Shown: piece by piece, positions 8,990-19,082 of the stretch
Numbering within the stretch: position 1 is the stretch's first letter
How the letters are laid out: each line of letters starts with the position of its first letter
IMG/VR virus record: IMGVR_UViG_2582580961_000003
Location: 6,302 to 70,301 of that record
Reading direction: 5' to 3' (one strand)
Source of the DNA: a virus
Taxonomy: Duplodnaviria; Caudoviricetes
Length of the DNA stretch: 64,000 bases
The notes under the pieces: model-generated
Seen by the model: only the letters and a program-made list of their open reading frames with translations
What the model was told of the DNA's origin: nothing
Database searches by the model: none
Translations under genes and position numbers: made by a program

Positions 8990-10165
8990 TTATTCATTAT
9001 TTGTTTTGTTCGACCGTATATACTTAGCATAATCTTCTGTTATTATTGATTTCGTGTCTTTACTTATAATTATTGCATCCTCATTGTCATGTCTCACAAG
9101 TTTTTGTAATTCTTCGCTATAATATGCTGTATTTATTACACTTAAATCAAACTTTGAGTATACTCTGGTCAATATTTTTTGTATCTTGCTCATTTTTACA
9201 TTTTTTGAAAGACCATCTTTTTTAATCTTTTTAATAAAGAAATTATCTATTTTATCTTTATCAATATACTTATGTATTTCAATTTTACTCTTCAGTTCTA
9301 GAAGTAATTTTTCGTAATTAGCAGCTATTAGATTTACATCGTACATAGTTGAGTTAGGAGATATTGTTAGTTGGTCTGGATTCTTTATCTCCATTATATA
9401 ATTACTATCTATCATGCATCTTGGCTTCTTAGGTGTTCTCATGAAGAAATTTTTATTGTACTGCATAGCATGTAGCTTTCTTGGCACATCTGACAAAGTT
9501 AAAATCAATGCATTCCGAGGACATTTTTTATTAAATAATTTTTCTATAGTTTTCTTATATATGCCTGTTCTAACAATAGAAAATCCTTCTATTTTATACC
9601 ATTCATTTAAAAGACCTTCAATTCTATCATCATTTAAGACATCATGTCCTTCTAGGTCATTTATAAACCATTTATCTAAAGCTTCTTTATTATAAAATTT
9701 ACGCTCATCTATGTTTTCGTGAAGCTTAATCATTTTATCCCTGTACTTATAACTCAACCAATTTAACACTCCATTCCTTGTATACCTGTATCCATCATCC
9801 TTTCTTGTTGGTACTTTCTCGACCGTTTCTAATACAATTCTACCCTTTATATACTCATCCCTTGGATCGTTTATATTATAAACATTTTTGAATTGTTTTA
9901 TATATTCGTATTCCTTATTTGGCATCAGTAAAGGATCATCAACAAACTCTAGAATTTTAAATACAAATTCATTCTCAGACTGTGAATTCCAAGCGTTTTG
10001 TAAATATATGTTACTGTGATTACTCTTAGTGAGCATTGATACATGTTGTTTTTGTCGCTTAATAAAAGATTCCGTACTTCCTATATAAAAATATCCGTTA
10101 TTTATATTTTCGATTGCATATATACCACTTTTGGTCATATTTTCTGGTGTTTCTTTAATAATCAA
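8990..10165 (-). CDS. GIY-YIG endonuclease with long C-terminal extension
   Basis: SGIYAIENINNGYFYIGST...KRQKQH...H.N..LQNAWN...F.F.ILE...YN. Confidence 0.85.
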   Translation of the reverse strand: MIIKETPENMTKSGIYAIENINNGYFYIGSTESFIKRQKQHVSMLTKSNHSNIYLQNAWNSQSENEFVFKILEFVDDPLLMPNKEYEYIKQFKNVYNINDPRDEYIKGRIVLETVEKVPTRKDDGYRYTRNGVLNWLSYKYRDKMIKLHENIDERKFYNKEALDKWFINDLEGHDVLNDDRIEGLLNEWYKIEGFSIVRTGIYKKTIEKLFNKKCPRNALILTLSDVPRKLHAMQYNKNFFMRTPKKPRCMIDSNYIMEIKNPDQLTISPNSTMYDVNLIAANYEKLLLELKSKIEIHKYIDKDKIDNFFIKKIKKDGLSKNVKMSKIQKILTRVYSKFDLSVINTAYYSEELQKLVRHDNEDAIIISKDTKSIITEDYAKYIRSNKTNNE

Positions 10166-10200
10166 TTTGAATAACTCCTTTTCTGAATAATAATAACTTT

Positions 10201-10230
10201 CGACAAATCTGCACTTAATAGGTATATTAT
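10201..10230. repeat. 30-bp direct repeat, copy 1
   Basis: CGACAAATCTGCACTTAATAGGTATATTAT; copy 2 at 11976-12005 has one mismatch. Confidence 0.9.
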
Positions 10231-10243
10231 TAATTTTCTTATA

Positions 10244-11749
10244 TCATATACTTACAGAGTCGTATAGACCTTTGAACTCATAGTATTGACGTTCTGGACA
10301 TAATTCCTTTAATTCCTTTAGTTCAAAAAATGCTAATACACATTCTGAATAGCTATCCTTAAAATTCACTAAGCTATTACTAACTTTAAATTGCTTATGT
10401 TCATCTCCGTCAGTTGTGATTAACATTTTATATTTGTTAGGCTTCTTAGTTATAAATTTATTACTTTTGACTACAATTTGATTTCTTTCTATGTACTCTA
10501 AAGCTTTACCTTCAAGCTTCGGAACAATATCCTTGACTGTACGTAATGATAAGTTTGTTGCGGTGCTTAATTGTGGAAAGCTCATATAAAAAATATTCTT
10601 TTTATCAGAGAATCTTTTACTATGTATTAACATGGCATATGTGACTAGTTTTTGATTTTTGTTTTTTAAAGACATGATTTGAAGCATTTCATTATATGTA
10701 ATGACTATTTCTTTTTTATTAACAGTCAGTCCAATATCATTGTCATATATGTATTCTACAATCCTGCTAATGTCTTTATAACAATCGTCCATTGGAGTAG
10801 CGTATGTTCTTAAATCTTGCTCATGCATCCATAATCTTAATTGACTTTCATTTTCTTGTGCATTTAATCCTAGATACTTATAATATCGTGAGAGATTAAA
10901 TAGAGAATTGTGACGTGTCCCTATCTGTTGCAATCCTTCTCGTTCTAACTTTTCTAGGTATTCAATAGTGTATGTCTTATCAATACTTTTCTTATAGATA
11001 TCTAGAGGCTTATATTTTTCATTTATGTAATCTTTGGTTTCTTCTATTTTTTGAGCCTCTTCTGTATCTATATCTTGTATGTCTATCTGATCGTAGTGTC
11101 TACAAAGAATATCTAACACTAGTTCTTTTTTTATTTGCTTTATTTCAGATATGTATTCATAATCTTTGATTGGCTGCAATCCTTTATCATAATCAACATA
11201 CCAACATCTATTTGAGCCACTATCCTTGTTCTTAAAATTGATACCTAAAGGAAGTTTTAAACCTTGGTTAGTTGGTCGTAATTCTACTTGACCAGAATCT
11301 ATATCATACAAGACTCCTTCATTTATAACTAACTCGTATAAAAGCTTAACTTTGTCGTTCAATATAACGTTATCGAAATAGATGTCTACATGGTATCCTT
11401 TATTGCCCGAAGTTGATATGTAAATGCATTCGTCTGGTATTCCTATGTTAATAAGAGTATCTACAATGCGATATGTAACATGTTTGGCTTGCTGCTTATT
11501 GTGTATATCTACGTCAAAGCATATGAATTTTGAAACATAATCTCCAGCCATAACGCCTATAGTTTTCTTTCCTTCTAGGTGATCAAGTATCATATTGTCA
11601 TTCAGAGGAATATCCCATTTATATTTATCTTTATTCTTTGTTTGATATTCACCTTGATTATTAAGTATTAAGTATTTCTTGCGTGTGAGTATAAAAAGTT
11701 CATTAAATTTATGTACGATGGAATCAGCATTCTGAATAAGTATTTCAAT
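10244..11749 (-). CDS. Archaeo-eukaryotic primase (TOTE/AEP-type) with C-terminal HTH; probable ATT start
   Basis: CFDVD and STSGNKGYHV motifs. The frame stays open 52 codons upstream of the tracked ATG and encodes FNELFILTRKKYL...LNDNMILDHLEGKKTIGV. Confidence 0.8.
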   Translation of the reverse strand: MEILIQNADSIVHKFNELFILTRKKYLILNNQGEYQTKNKDKYKWDIPLNDNMILDHLEGKKTIGVMAGDYVSKFICFDVDIHNKQQAKHVTYRIVDTLINIGIPDECIYISTSGNKGYHVDIYFDNVILNDKVKLLYELVINEGVLYDIDSGQVELRPTNQGLKLPLGINFKNKDSGSNRCWYVDYDKGLQPIKDYEYISEIKQIKKELVLDILCRHYDQIDIQDIDTEEAQKIEETKDYINEKYKPLDIYKKSIDKTYTIEYLEKLEREGLQQIGTRHNSLFNLSRYYKYLGLNAQENESQLRLWMHEQDLRTYATPMDDCYKDISRIVEYIYDNDIGLTVNKKEIVITYNEMLQIMSLKNKNQKLVTYAMLIHSKRFSDKKNIFYMSFPQLSTATNLSLRTVKDIVPKLEGKALEYIERNQIVVKSNKFITKKPNKYKMLITTDGDEHKQFKVSNSLVNFKDSYSECVLAFFELKELKELCPERQYYEFKGLYDSVSI

Positions 11750-11762
11750 CGCAACCTCACTT

Positions 11763-11945
11763 TCATTTGAATTTGTTCCAGATATCTATTTGCTTTCTTA
11801 ATTCATCTGTAAAAATGTAAACAGCAAATAAGTTTCTACTAACTGGATGAATAGCTTTAGTTATGTATCTATGTCCTTTACGTTTCAACTCTTCCATTAA
11901 ACCTTTGTCATAACAGTAAAAGAATTTAAGATCATCGATATTCAT
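11763..11945 (-). CDS. Small DUF5659-like protein (60 aa)
   Basis: FFYCYDKGLMEELKRKGHRYITKAIHPVS; RBS AAGGAG. Confidence 0.7.
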   Translation of the reverse strand: MNIDDLKFFYCYDKGLMEELKRKGHRYITKAIHPVSRNLFAVYIFTDELRKQIDIWNKFK

Positions 11946-11975
11946 TTATTAAATGTCTCCTTTAAATTTAGTCTC

Positions 11976-12005
11976 CGACAAATCTGCACTTAATAGATAT
12001 ATTAT
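11976..12005. repeat. 30-bp direct repeat, copy 2
   Basis: CGACAAATCTGCACTTAATAGATATATTAT. Confidence 0.9.
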
Positions 12006-12279
12006 ATATCTTACTATTAATTACCTTATTAACCCTTACCAATTAAACAATCAATAGACACCACATCCTTTCTTCATTAAAGTATAGTATAAGTGACGAA
12101 TAGAATAGATGACCAAGTGAATCCACCTATTAACCAGTAACTATATCTTACCACATATCACATGTTATGTGTATTATATTATTAATTTTCTTATATTAAT
12201 TTATGGAATGGTTTGTATGAATGTAAGTTATAGTTAGTCTTATTACACAAATAAAAAAGCAACTCGAATGAGCTGCCTA

Positions 12280-12957
12280 TTATTGATAGAACGATTCAGG
12301 AACATAGCTTCCATCTTCGGTCATTATATAATTAGTTGATTCATTTGCTTGATCATCTATCTCAACTTGTAATCTTTCTATTTCCTTATTGATTCTATTG
12401 TATTCTTCATCTGTAGATGTATTGTTAGTATCATTGTATACAGGAAAGTAATCAGCACTATAGAGTAATTTAATATCTGTGATTGTTTCAGGCTTATTAA
12501 ATGTAACTGTAATGATATCATTTAGTTGGTACTCTTGTTCATTGTTTAGGTTCTCTTTAGTAAAGAATACTCCACCTTCATTATATTGAGACTCTGCATA
12601 GTATTCATTATTGTTAATAGATGTAACGATAAATGTATCTGAGTATGATTGGTCAGTATCTTGTTGATCAGTGGACACAGTTGAAACATTAGGTTGCTGT
12701 GATTGTTCAGATGTTGTTAATTTATCTTCGGTAGATGATTCCTTATCATTTGTATTAGCTGGCTTAGATTCAACTGTATCTTGCTTAGCTTCCTTATCAT
12801 TTGTATTAGATGAATAGGATTGAGTGTGAGTAACTGGAGTTGATTCATTATGTGTAAGTAGATATGTAATAGCAGCCGTTGATGTAATGAGTGTGATAAT
12901 TAATAATGATGAAAGTAATTTGATTTTTAGTTTAGCTTTCTTTAATTGAGTTCTCAT
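12280..12957 (-). CDS. Membrane-anchored exported protein with S/T/D-rich linker
   Basis: Basic N-terminus then a TM helix; promoter TTGAGT-N17-TATAAT at 13008-13036. Confidence 0.75.
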   Translation of the reverse strand: MRTQLKKAKLKIKLLSSLLIITLITSTAAITYLLTHNESTPVTHTQSYSSNTNDKEAKQDTVESKPANTNDKESSTEDKLTTSEQSQQPNVSTVSTDQQDTDQSYSDTFIVTSINNNEYYAESQYNEGGVFFTKENLNNEQEYQLNDIITVTFNKPETITDIKLLYSADYFPVYNDTNNTSTDEEYNRINKEIERLQVEIDDQANESTNYIMTEDGSYVPESFYQ

Positions 12958-13039
12958 TTGATTATCCCCTTTTGAATTGAGTTATTTAGTGTTCCTTAAC
13001 TACTTTAATTATACTATATTACATGATGAAACTCAATGA

Positions 13040-14180
13040 GTAATAACTTATAAACTTAATTTATTTATAAAAAAGTGATGTGAGGCGATTTAGTTACCTT
13101 TATAGTAGTAACCTTTAATTATAATTATAAAGGATTGAGTGTGATGGGTAATTGTAGTAAGATGAGTTAAGATCGAGTAAGTTTCTACTATATATATAAT
13201 ATGAGTGTGAGGAATAGCTTGGGCAAGTTGAGTATAATATGTAGCTTGATTGTAACAATAGGATAGATAATCATGACATAATAGTTAATTACTTTATGTA
13301 AGTTAGTTATAATTTATAATACTATTACAATTTATATAATATAAGTCTTCCATCTTCAAATTCCTGTTACCTCGACATTTGCCCACGTAGAGAACAAACA
13401 TGCTAAAATTTTGAGTTTGAAAATAAATTTTTTTAAATTTTTAAGTTGGTGTCCTATTTAATGAATCGTCTATTTACTGTGTAATTGTGTGGATGGTATA
13501 GAGGTCAGTAAAGTAGTTTGGAGTAGTTTTACGGTAGTCTGTAAATTCCACAGTAGCTAAAAAGCCCATAATAGGGGGGTTATTTAACATCTTAAAATAT
13601 TTGATCGAGTGAAAATGGCAGCCTAACACTTCAATTTCCACACCCTGAATTAATTTTCAATTACCTATAATTTACCAATAATATTACCTAATATTTTCCA
13701 TATATCTCCCATCTTAAATTTTCATATTTTATACCACAAATTACCATTTATCCTTAAAATGAATGCATGACGCAATCACTAGACGACCATTTCTCTAAGC
13801 GTTTCACCATTTTAATTTTTCCTATTTTCATATTTCCCCCTATAAAAATCCCCTTCCCTCTTACTCCCATCAATGTTTCTACGATACGACTAATCTAATT
13901 TTCTATCTAAATAACCCTGTAAACATACTCTCCCTAAGTTTCATGACACTTTTACCTTTAACCATGCATTGCTCATCACGATTGCCTATTTTTAATCAAA
14001 TTTAAGCTAAATCATGTATGCTAAATCCGATAACCACCGAACGTATACTGACTAAAACTGACTCTATTTTTCAACTTTGGTCAATAAGGGGGGATGAATT
14101 TACATCAAAAATAAAAAATCACATAACAAAAAACAGGTACAATAAAATGCACCTGTCAATTAATTACCTTATGTATAATA
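13040..14180. other. Long non-coding tract with a G-rich to C-rich strand-skew switch (candidate ori or packaging/terminus region)
   Basis: G-rich stretches on + before ~13580, C-rich/G-poor 13620-13990; pivot CCCATAATAGGGGGGTTATTTAACAT. Confidence 0.5.
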
Positions 14181-14185
14181 TAAAC

Positions 14186-16444
14186 TTAATTTACTTCGTT
14201 AAGAAAATCCTTTAAGAATGTGTTTCTTTTACTTGTATGGTCTGTTCTAATACTATGTCGTAATGCTCTATTCTCGCAAACAATAACGCAGTCATCACTT
14301 GCACGAGTTATACCTGTATATAGGAATCCTCTTGATAATAATGAGTATGAATCATATCCAAATACAAATAATACATGTTTAATAGTTGAACCTTGTGACT
14401 TATGACAAGTAATAGCGTATGCTAATTCAACCTGATCTAAATCAGTTACACTGTATACAATTGTATCTTCAATTCCTTCAAATTGAATGTAAATCTCTTT
14501 GTCATTCTTTAAATCTCTTATCTCTATAATTTTACCTAATGTACCGTTAAATACAGTTAACTCATTCTTTTTAACATCTAATTCAACATCAAATTCTTCA
14601 TCATGGAACAACTCTTTTTCTTTATCGGTTTGAGCTTTATAGTTATTACCACACTGGATAATCTTATCTCCTTCTCGATATTCATATTGACCACGTTTGA
14701 CGAATGGCTTACTCATGTCATTAAATACTTTCTGCAAAGCGATGTTTAAGTTTTTAGCGGATAATTCACCTTTAGACTTCAATCCACATATTACTTGAAA
14801 TTCATTTAAATCTTTATCTTTATAACGTTCACAAATCTTTAATGTCATATCTTGAATACGTTCTCTAGTTTCAGTTGGGAATACGTATAAGTCCTTTAAT
14901 TCACCAAATACACGTTTATTATAATCACCTGATGCAATAACTTGTTTCCCTTCTCGTATCTCATTTGCAATACTAAGAATACCTGACTTTTGAGCTTGAC
15001 GCTGTACAATTGTTAACTCTTGCTTTGGAACAATAGGCGAATGAAGTAAATCATCAAATACGCTCCCTGAACCAATACTAGGTAACTGTGCTGAATCTCC
15101 AACAATAATTAGCTTACCACCTTCAGGAATAGCTGCTAATACACTATGGAATAGATAACTAGAACACATGCCAGCCTCATCTAAAATAACAACCTCATAA
15201 TCTAACGGATTTTCTTCATCGTGCATAAAACCTTCGCCTGGTTTATATCCTAACATTCTATGTATGGTCATAGCGTTTAAGCCATGAGAAGCCAATATCT
15301 TACTTGCTTTGCCTGATAAAGCACAACAAACATGCTCATGTTCTGACAATGCAGCTAATACACCTTTAAGTGTAAATGTTTTACCTGTACCAGCTTTACC
15401 ATTCAATACTAATACATTATTTTCAATGGCTAATTTAATTGCGTTTCGTTGTTCATCTGTATATGTAAATCCATTCTTACTTTCCAACTCTTCAATTTTT
15501 TGATCAACATCATTCACAATTAATTCATTTTTAGAATCAATCATCTCAAGTAACTTATTCTTTATATTCGTTTCATATTGATAATTTCTGTATAAAGCCA
15601 CCTTATCTTCTGTTATGTATATTGTCCCTTCCTTGCCTTCTAAGTCAACTAAACGATTGGAAACTGTTGTATAATCAATGCTTAATAAATCTTTAAGCTT
15701 CTCTATAGCTGATACACGATTAATCCATGTGTGACCATTTTGTTCTTCTTGTTTTAGCATAAACTCTATAGCTGCATCAATACGGAATGAACTATCAGGA
15801 TCATCCCCTCGCTTCATAGCGTATCCATCAACTTTTAGAAACCCAAACTGAGAAACGCTACAAAGTGAATAAATATTTTCTTTTACCTTTTGAACAACAA
15901 TGTCAGCAGAGCCAAAGTGATGAATCAGCTTCTTCATGGATTCAAATGTAATCTCTAAATCATCTAATTCAACTAGCGCTCTTTGGATATCAACGTTTTC
16001 CAATACTTTCTTTTTCAACTTTTCATATGTAGGTTTGCCAATTCCTTTAATCTTCGAGTAATCAATCTCATCGTTGCGGAATAAATCAATAATCTTTTCA
16101 TTTGGATATTTAGAAATAATTGCTTCTGCATATCTTGGAGCTATAATTGAACGTATGTATATTTGCTGTTCTTGAGGAGTTGTGTATTCTTTTACTCCTA
16201 CTTTGACAACGGTGTAACCTTTTCCGTATTTAGGATGATGTGTTTCTGTAATGGTTAAATCATATTCTTGATCATCAATTAGTTGTTGCATCTTTCCATT
16301 AACTACAAAGTTTCTGTATTTATTCAGTTTAACAGCTTTCGTATTTGTAACTGGCTCTACAGCAAATACTCCAAACGAACCTTCTTCACTATAAAACATC
16401 TTTCTAACAACTCTTACTTTCAAATCGATTAGTTCTTCCACCAA
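14186..16444 (-). CDS. recD2: RecD2-like SF1B helicase
   Basis: N-terminal OB/HhH (IKGIG), Walker A GKAGTGKT, DEAGM, GDSAQLPSIG, AYAITCHKSQGS, YTGITRA. Confidence 0.92.
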   Translation of the reverse strand: MVEELIDLKVRVVRKMFYSEEGSFGVFAVEPVTNTKAVKLNKYRNFVVNGKMQQLIDDQEYDLTITETHHPKYGKGYTVVKVGVKEYTTPQEQQIYIRSIIAPRYAEAIISKYPNEKIIDLFRNDEIDYSKIKGIGKPTYEKLKKKVLENVDIQRALVELDDLEITFESMKKLIHHFGSADIVVQKVKENIYSLCSVSQFGFLKVDGYAMKRGDDPDSSFRIDAAIEFMLKQEEQNGHTWINRVSAIEKLKDLLSIDYTTVSNRLVDLEGKEGTIYITEDKVALYRNYQYETNIKNKLLEMIDSKNELIVNDVDQKIEELESKNGFTYTDEQRNAIKLAIENNVLVLNGKAGTGKTFTLKGVLAALSEHEHVCCALSGKASKILASHGLNAMTIHRMLGYKPGEGFMHDEENPLDYEVVILDEAGMCSSYLFHSVLAAIPEGGKLIIVGDSAQLPSIGSGSVFDDLLHSPIVPKQELTIVQRQAQKSGILSIANEIREGKQVIASGDYNKRVFGELKDLYVFPTETRERIQDMTLKICERYKDKDLNEFQVICGLKSKGELSAKNLNIALQKVFNDMSKPFVKRGQYEYREGDKIIQCGNNYKAQTDKEKELFHDEEFDVELDVKKNELTVFNGTLGKIIEIRDLKNDKEIYIQFEGIEDTIVYSVTDLDQVELAYAITCHKSQGSTIKHVLFVFGYDSYSLLSRGFLYTGITRASDDCVIVCENRALRHSIRTDHTSKRNTFLKDFLNEVN

Positions 16445-16639
16445 ATCAACTCCTATTATTAATTTCATTACTTAAACAGTTTTGAACTATTTGTCTTTAT
16501 TATATTACACAGCTTAGAGAAAAGTAAATAAGTAAATTAATATTATAATAAGTTTTAAGGTAAGAAAGTGTTATAAAATACAATAAAAAAAGGACACAAC
16601 TATGTGCGCCCTATACTTTACACTCAAATGACTTATATA

Positions 16640-18964
16640 TCATTTTTCTTCTATATTTTGTAGAGGTTTTTTGATACATTGGTTTCTCCATTTGTTTTGT
16701 TCCTCCTCATCAATCGCAATTTCTCTTCCTTTCGCCCCTTTACGTAAGAAACCTTCCTCTTCAAGCTGTTTAAGTAAAGAAGTAACGTTTGATTCTCTCG
16801 TGCCTAATCCTTTGGCTAATTCTTTTACTCTAGTCTCACCTGTTTGACAAATTAATCGTTTCATCTTATCAATGTCTGATTCAGGTTCAGCGATTTCATA
16901 CTGTGCAACAGGTTGATCTTTATAGTATTCACGTAAACGTTCAAACACTGCTTCCTCGTCTTCATCACTTTTCAAAGATAGTAATGGGGATTGAAACCTG
17001 ATAAACTCTTTAATCTGACCATCTGAACGTATGCATCCATCCCCTCTCCCTAGTAATCTATAGGGAATGGTCTTATCAAATACTGTTCTATAATCAGTTG
17101 AACTTTGTAAGCTGAATGATATCCTCATTGGAATGTTTGCTTTAATTAATCCTGTAATAACTTTTACTTCTGGTCGCTGTGTGCAGATAACCATATGAAT
17201 TCCACATGCTCTAGCTTTTTGACCGATACGTTGAATATAATCCTCAACCTGTGGGTTAACCATCATTAAGTCTGCAAGTTCATCAATTACTAATACAATG
17301 TAAGGCATTTTAACCTCAGATTTTTCGTTATAGGTAGAGATTTCTCTACATGACATTTCAGCGAATCTCTCATATCTTTTATCCATTTCAGTTGTTAATT
17401 TGTATAGAAGAGCTGCCGCTTTATTCATATCAGTGATAATTTCTTTTACATGAGGTAAATCTTTGAACATAGCAAGTTCTACAATTTTAGGATCAATTAA
17501 ATACAGGATTAAGTCGCTAGGTGATGTAAATAGGATTAAGCAGATAATTAAAGCTGTAACAAATACACTCTTACCTCCACCTGTTTGACCTGTAATTAAT
17601 GCATGTGGGGCGCTTGTTAAACATTTCATCATTAACTCATCATTCATATCCATACCTACTACAAATGGTAGGGGATTCTTTGATGCAAACTCTATAAACT
17701 CCTCATTTTCAAGTAAACTACGTAAATAGATGATGTCACGCTTCTCACAGGGAATTAAGAATGAAACAGTATCAGACTCATCCCCTTGCTCAATTGACAG
17801 CCCATCAACACCTAGTGAAGCTTGAATGTTCTTTAAGTTGCTTTCAATTTGAGTAAACTTCACTCCTTTAGGGATAGGAAGGACAATACGTTGAATAGTC
17901 GCACCTCTTTCCTCTTTTTTAGTCTTAATGGTCTGAGACCTTATCAATCCATTATTGTTTAAAGCTTTGACAATATCCTTTCCGTATTGACGTTCTATAC
18001 CATTCTTAACCACATCTTTTTTGAATAGCAAGTGTATAGGTGCTTGCAAGCCGCTTCCTTCACCATAAAGTGGAAACTGCGGTGGAGATGTTACTGTGTT
18101 CTTAATTTCACCTATCTTCTCTTTATTTTCTTTTAACCCTTGTTTATTGTTGAAGATTGAAAGTATTTCTTGCTCAGAGAGTAATTGGTCTTGGCTAATA
18201 GGTGACATTGATTTTTCCCTTATATTTATAAGAAAATTGAGCTTAGAATTGATTCTAGATAATTTGAGTGAATTAAAGTATGTCGTTTCAGATAAAATTG
18301 ATTGAATTTCATTTACAATATCCTTATCTTCTTGACCTGAATAATTAACTAACATGATTCTAAATTCAAACCTGAATCCTTTGTCTAATACTTTACTTTC
18401 TACTTCTGGAATGGATTCTCTTCTCTTTCTGCTTCTGTCCAACTTTGATAATACGTTTAATGCTTTATTCTGTATGGAGCGCATTGTTCTACTTTCAGAT
18501 GGGAAATCATTACCGTTTAGGTATGCATCATATTGTAGAATGGCGTTTTCACTCCAATCATCAAGTCTTTGAACAAATAAGAATTGAGTGAAGATGTGAG
18601 TATTCTTGGTGGCTAATAAAGTAATGTCATCTAATATACTTAGAGCTTCTTTTGTGTAGATTGGTAGAAATGAGGGGAACTCTAATTCAACGTTGAAACA
18701 TGAAAGAATACTTTGATCTTCTTCATCCCAAAACCAATGTTTAGCGTGTTCCCTCCCTAGAGACATTCTTTCTAAAGAGGGGGTGATCATGAATCGTTGA
18801 ATTTCATCTTCAGTAGCCAATTGCTCTACACCATATATGCCTTCTCCTAAATACCTTGATGTGAGCAATTTATTGATATCAAACGATTCAACCTCATGAA
18901 TGATACTTAAATGATTGTTAACAGGTGTTTTATTAATTTTATTTCTAATCACGTTTAGAAGCAT
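16640..18964 (-). CDS. FtsK/SpoIIIE-family DNA translocase ATPase with long N-terminal domain and C-terminal wHTH
   Basis: PHALITGQTGGGKS, LIDPK, VIDELADLM, KARACGIHMVICTQRP, LLGRGDG. Confidence 0.92.
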   Translation of the reverse strand: MLLNVIRNKINKTPVNNHLSIIHEVESFDINKLLTSRYLGEGIYGVEQLATEDEIQRFMITPSLERMSLGREHAKHWFWDEEDQSILSCFNVELEFPSFLPIYTKEALSILDDITLLATKNTHIFTQFLFVQRLDDWSENAILQYDAYLNGNDFPSESRTMRSIQNKALNVLSKLDRSRKRRESIPEVESKVLDKGFRFEFRIMLVNYSGQEDKDIVNEIQSILSETTYFNSLKLSRINSKLNFLINIREKSMSPISQDQLLSEQEILSIFNNKQGLKENKEKIGEIKNTVTSPPQFPLYGEGSGLQAPIHLLFKKDVVKNGIERQYGKDIVKALNNNGLIRSQTIKTKKEERGATIQRIVLPIPKGVKFTQIESNLKNIQASLGVDGLSIEQGDESDTVSFLIPCEKRDIIYLRSLLENEEFIEFASKNPLPFVVGMDMNDELMMKCLTSAPHALITGQTGGGKSVFVTALIICLILFTSPSDLILYLIDPKIVELAMFKDLPHVKEIITDMNKAAALLYKLTTEMDKRYERFAEMSCREISTYNEKSEVKMPYIVLVIDELADLMMVNPQVEDYIQRIGQKARACGIHMVICTQRPEVKVITGLIKANIPMRISFSLQSSTDYRTVFDKTIPYRLLGRGDGCIRSDGQIKEFIRFQSPLLSLKSDEDEEAVFERLREYYKDQPVAQYEIAEPESDIDKMKRLICQTGETRVKELAKGLGTRESNVTSLLKQLEEEGFLRKGAKGREIAIDEEEQNKWRNQCIKKPLQNIEEK

Positions 18965-19070
18965 TCTTACGCATCTCCTTTACTAATACCGTTGAATTGA
19001 TAAGTTGCACCGTAAAGTTAATAATGATTACAGTCAGATTCATAACTAATACCTGTTCCAGACCTGTCAT
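18945..19070 (-). CDS. Small single-TM peptide (41 aa)
   Basis: Manual translation MTGLEQVLVMNLTVIIINFTVQLINSTVLVKEMRKNASKRD; RBS AGGGAG; overlaps the FtsK start. Confidence 0.6.
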   Translation of the reverse strand: MTGLEQVLVMNLTVIIINFTVQLINSTVLVKEMRKNASKRD

Positions 19071-19082
19071 ATGAACCACTCC

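Noticed and set aside
1592-12005. Dispersed repeats as a CRISPR array
   Set aside because: Copies are kilobases apart and separated by genes; no regular spacers or cas genes.
14018-14215. 65-aa plus-strand ORF in the non-coding tract
   Set aside because: No RBS, opposite to local transcription, overlaps the recD2 end.
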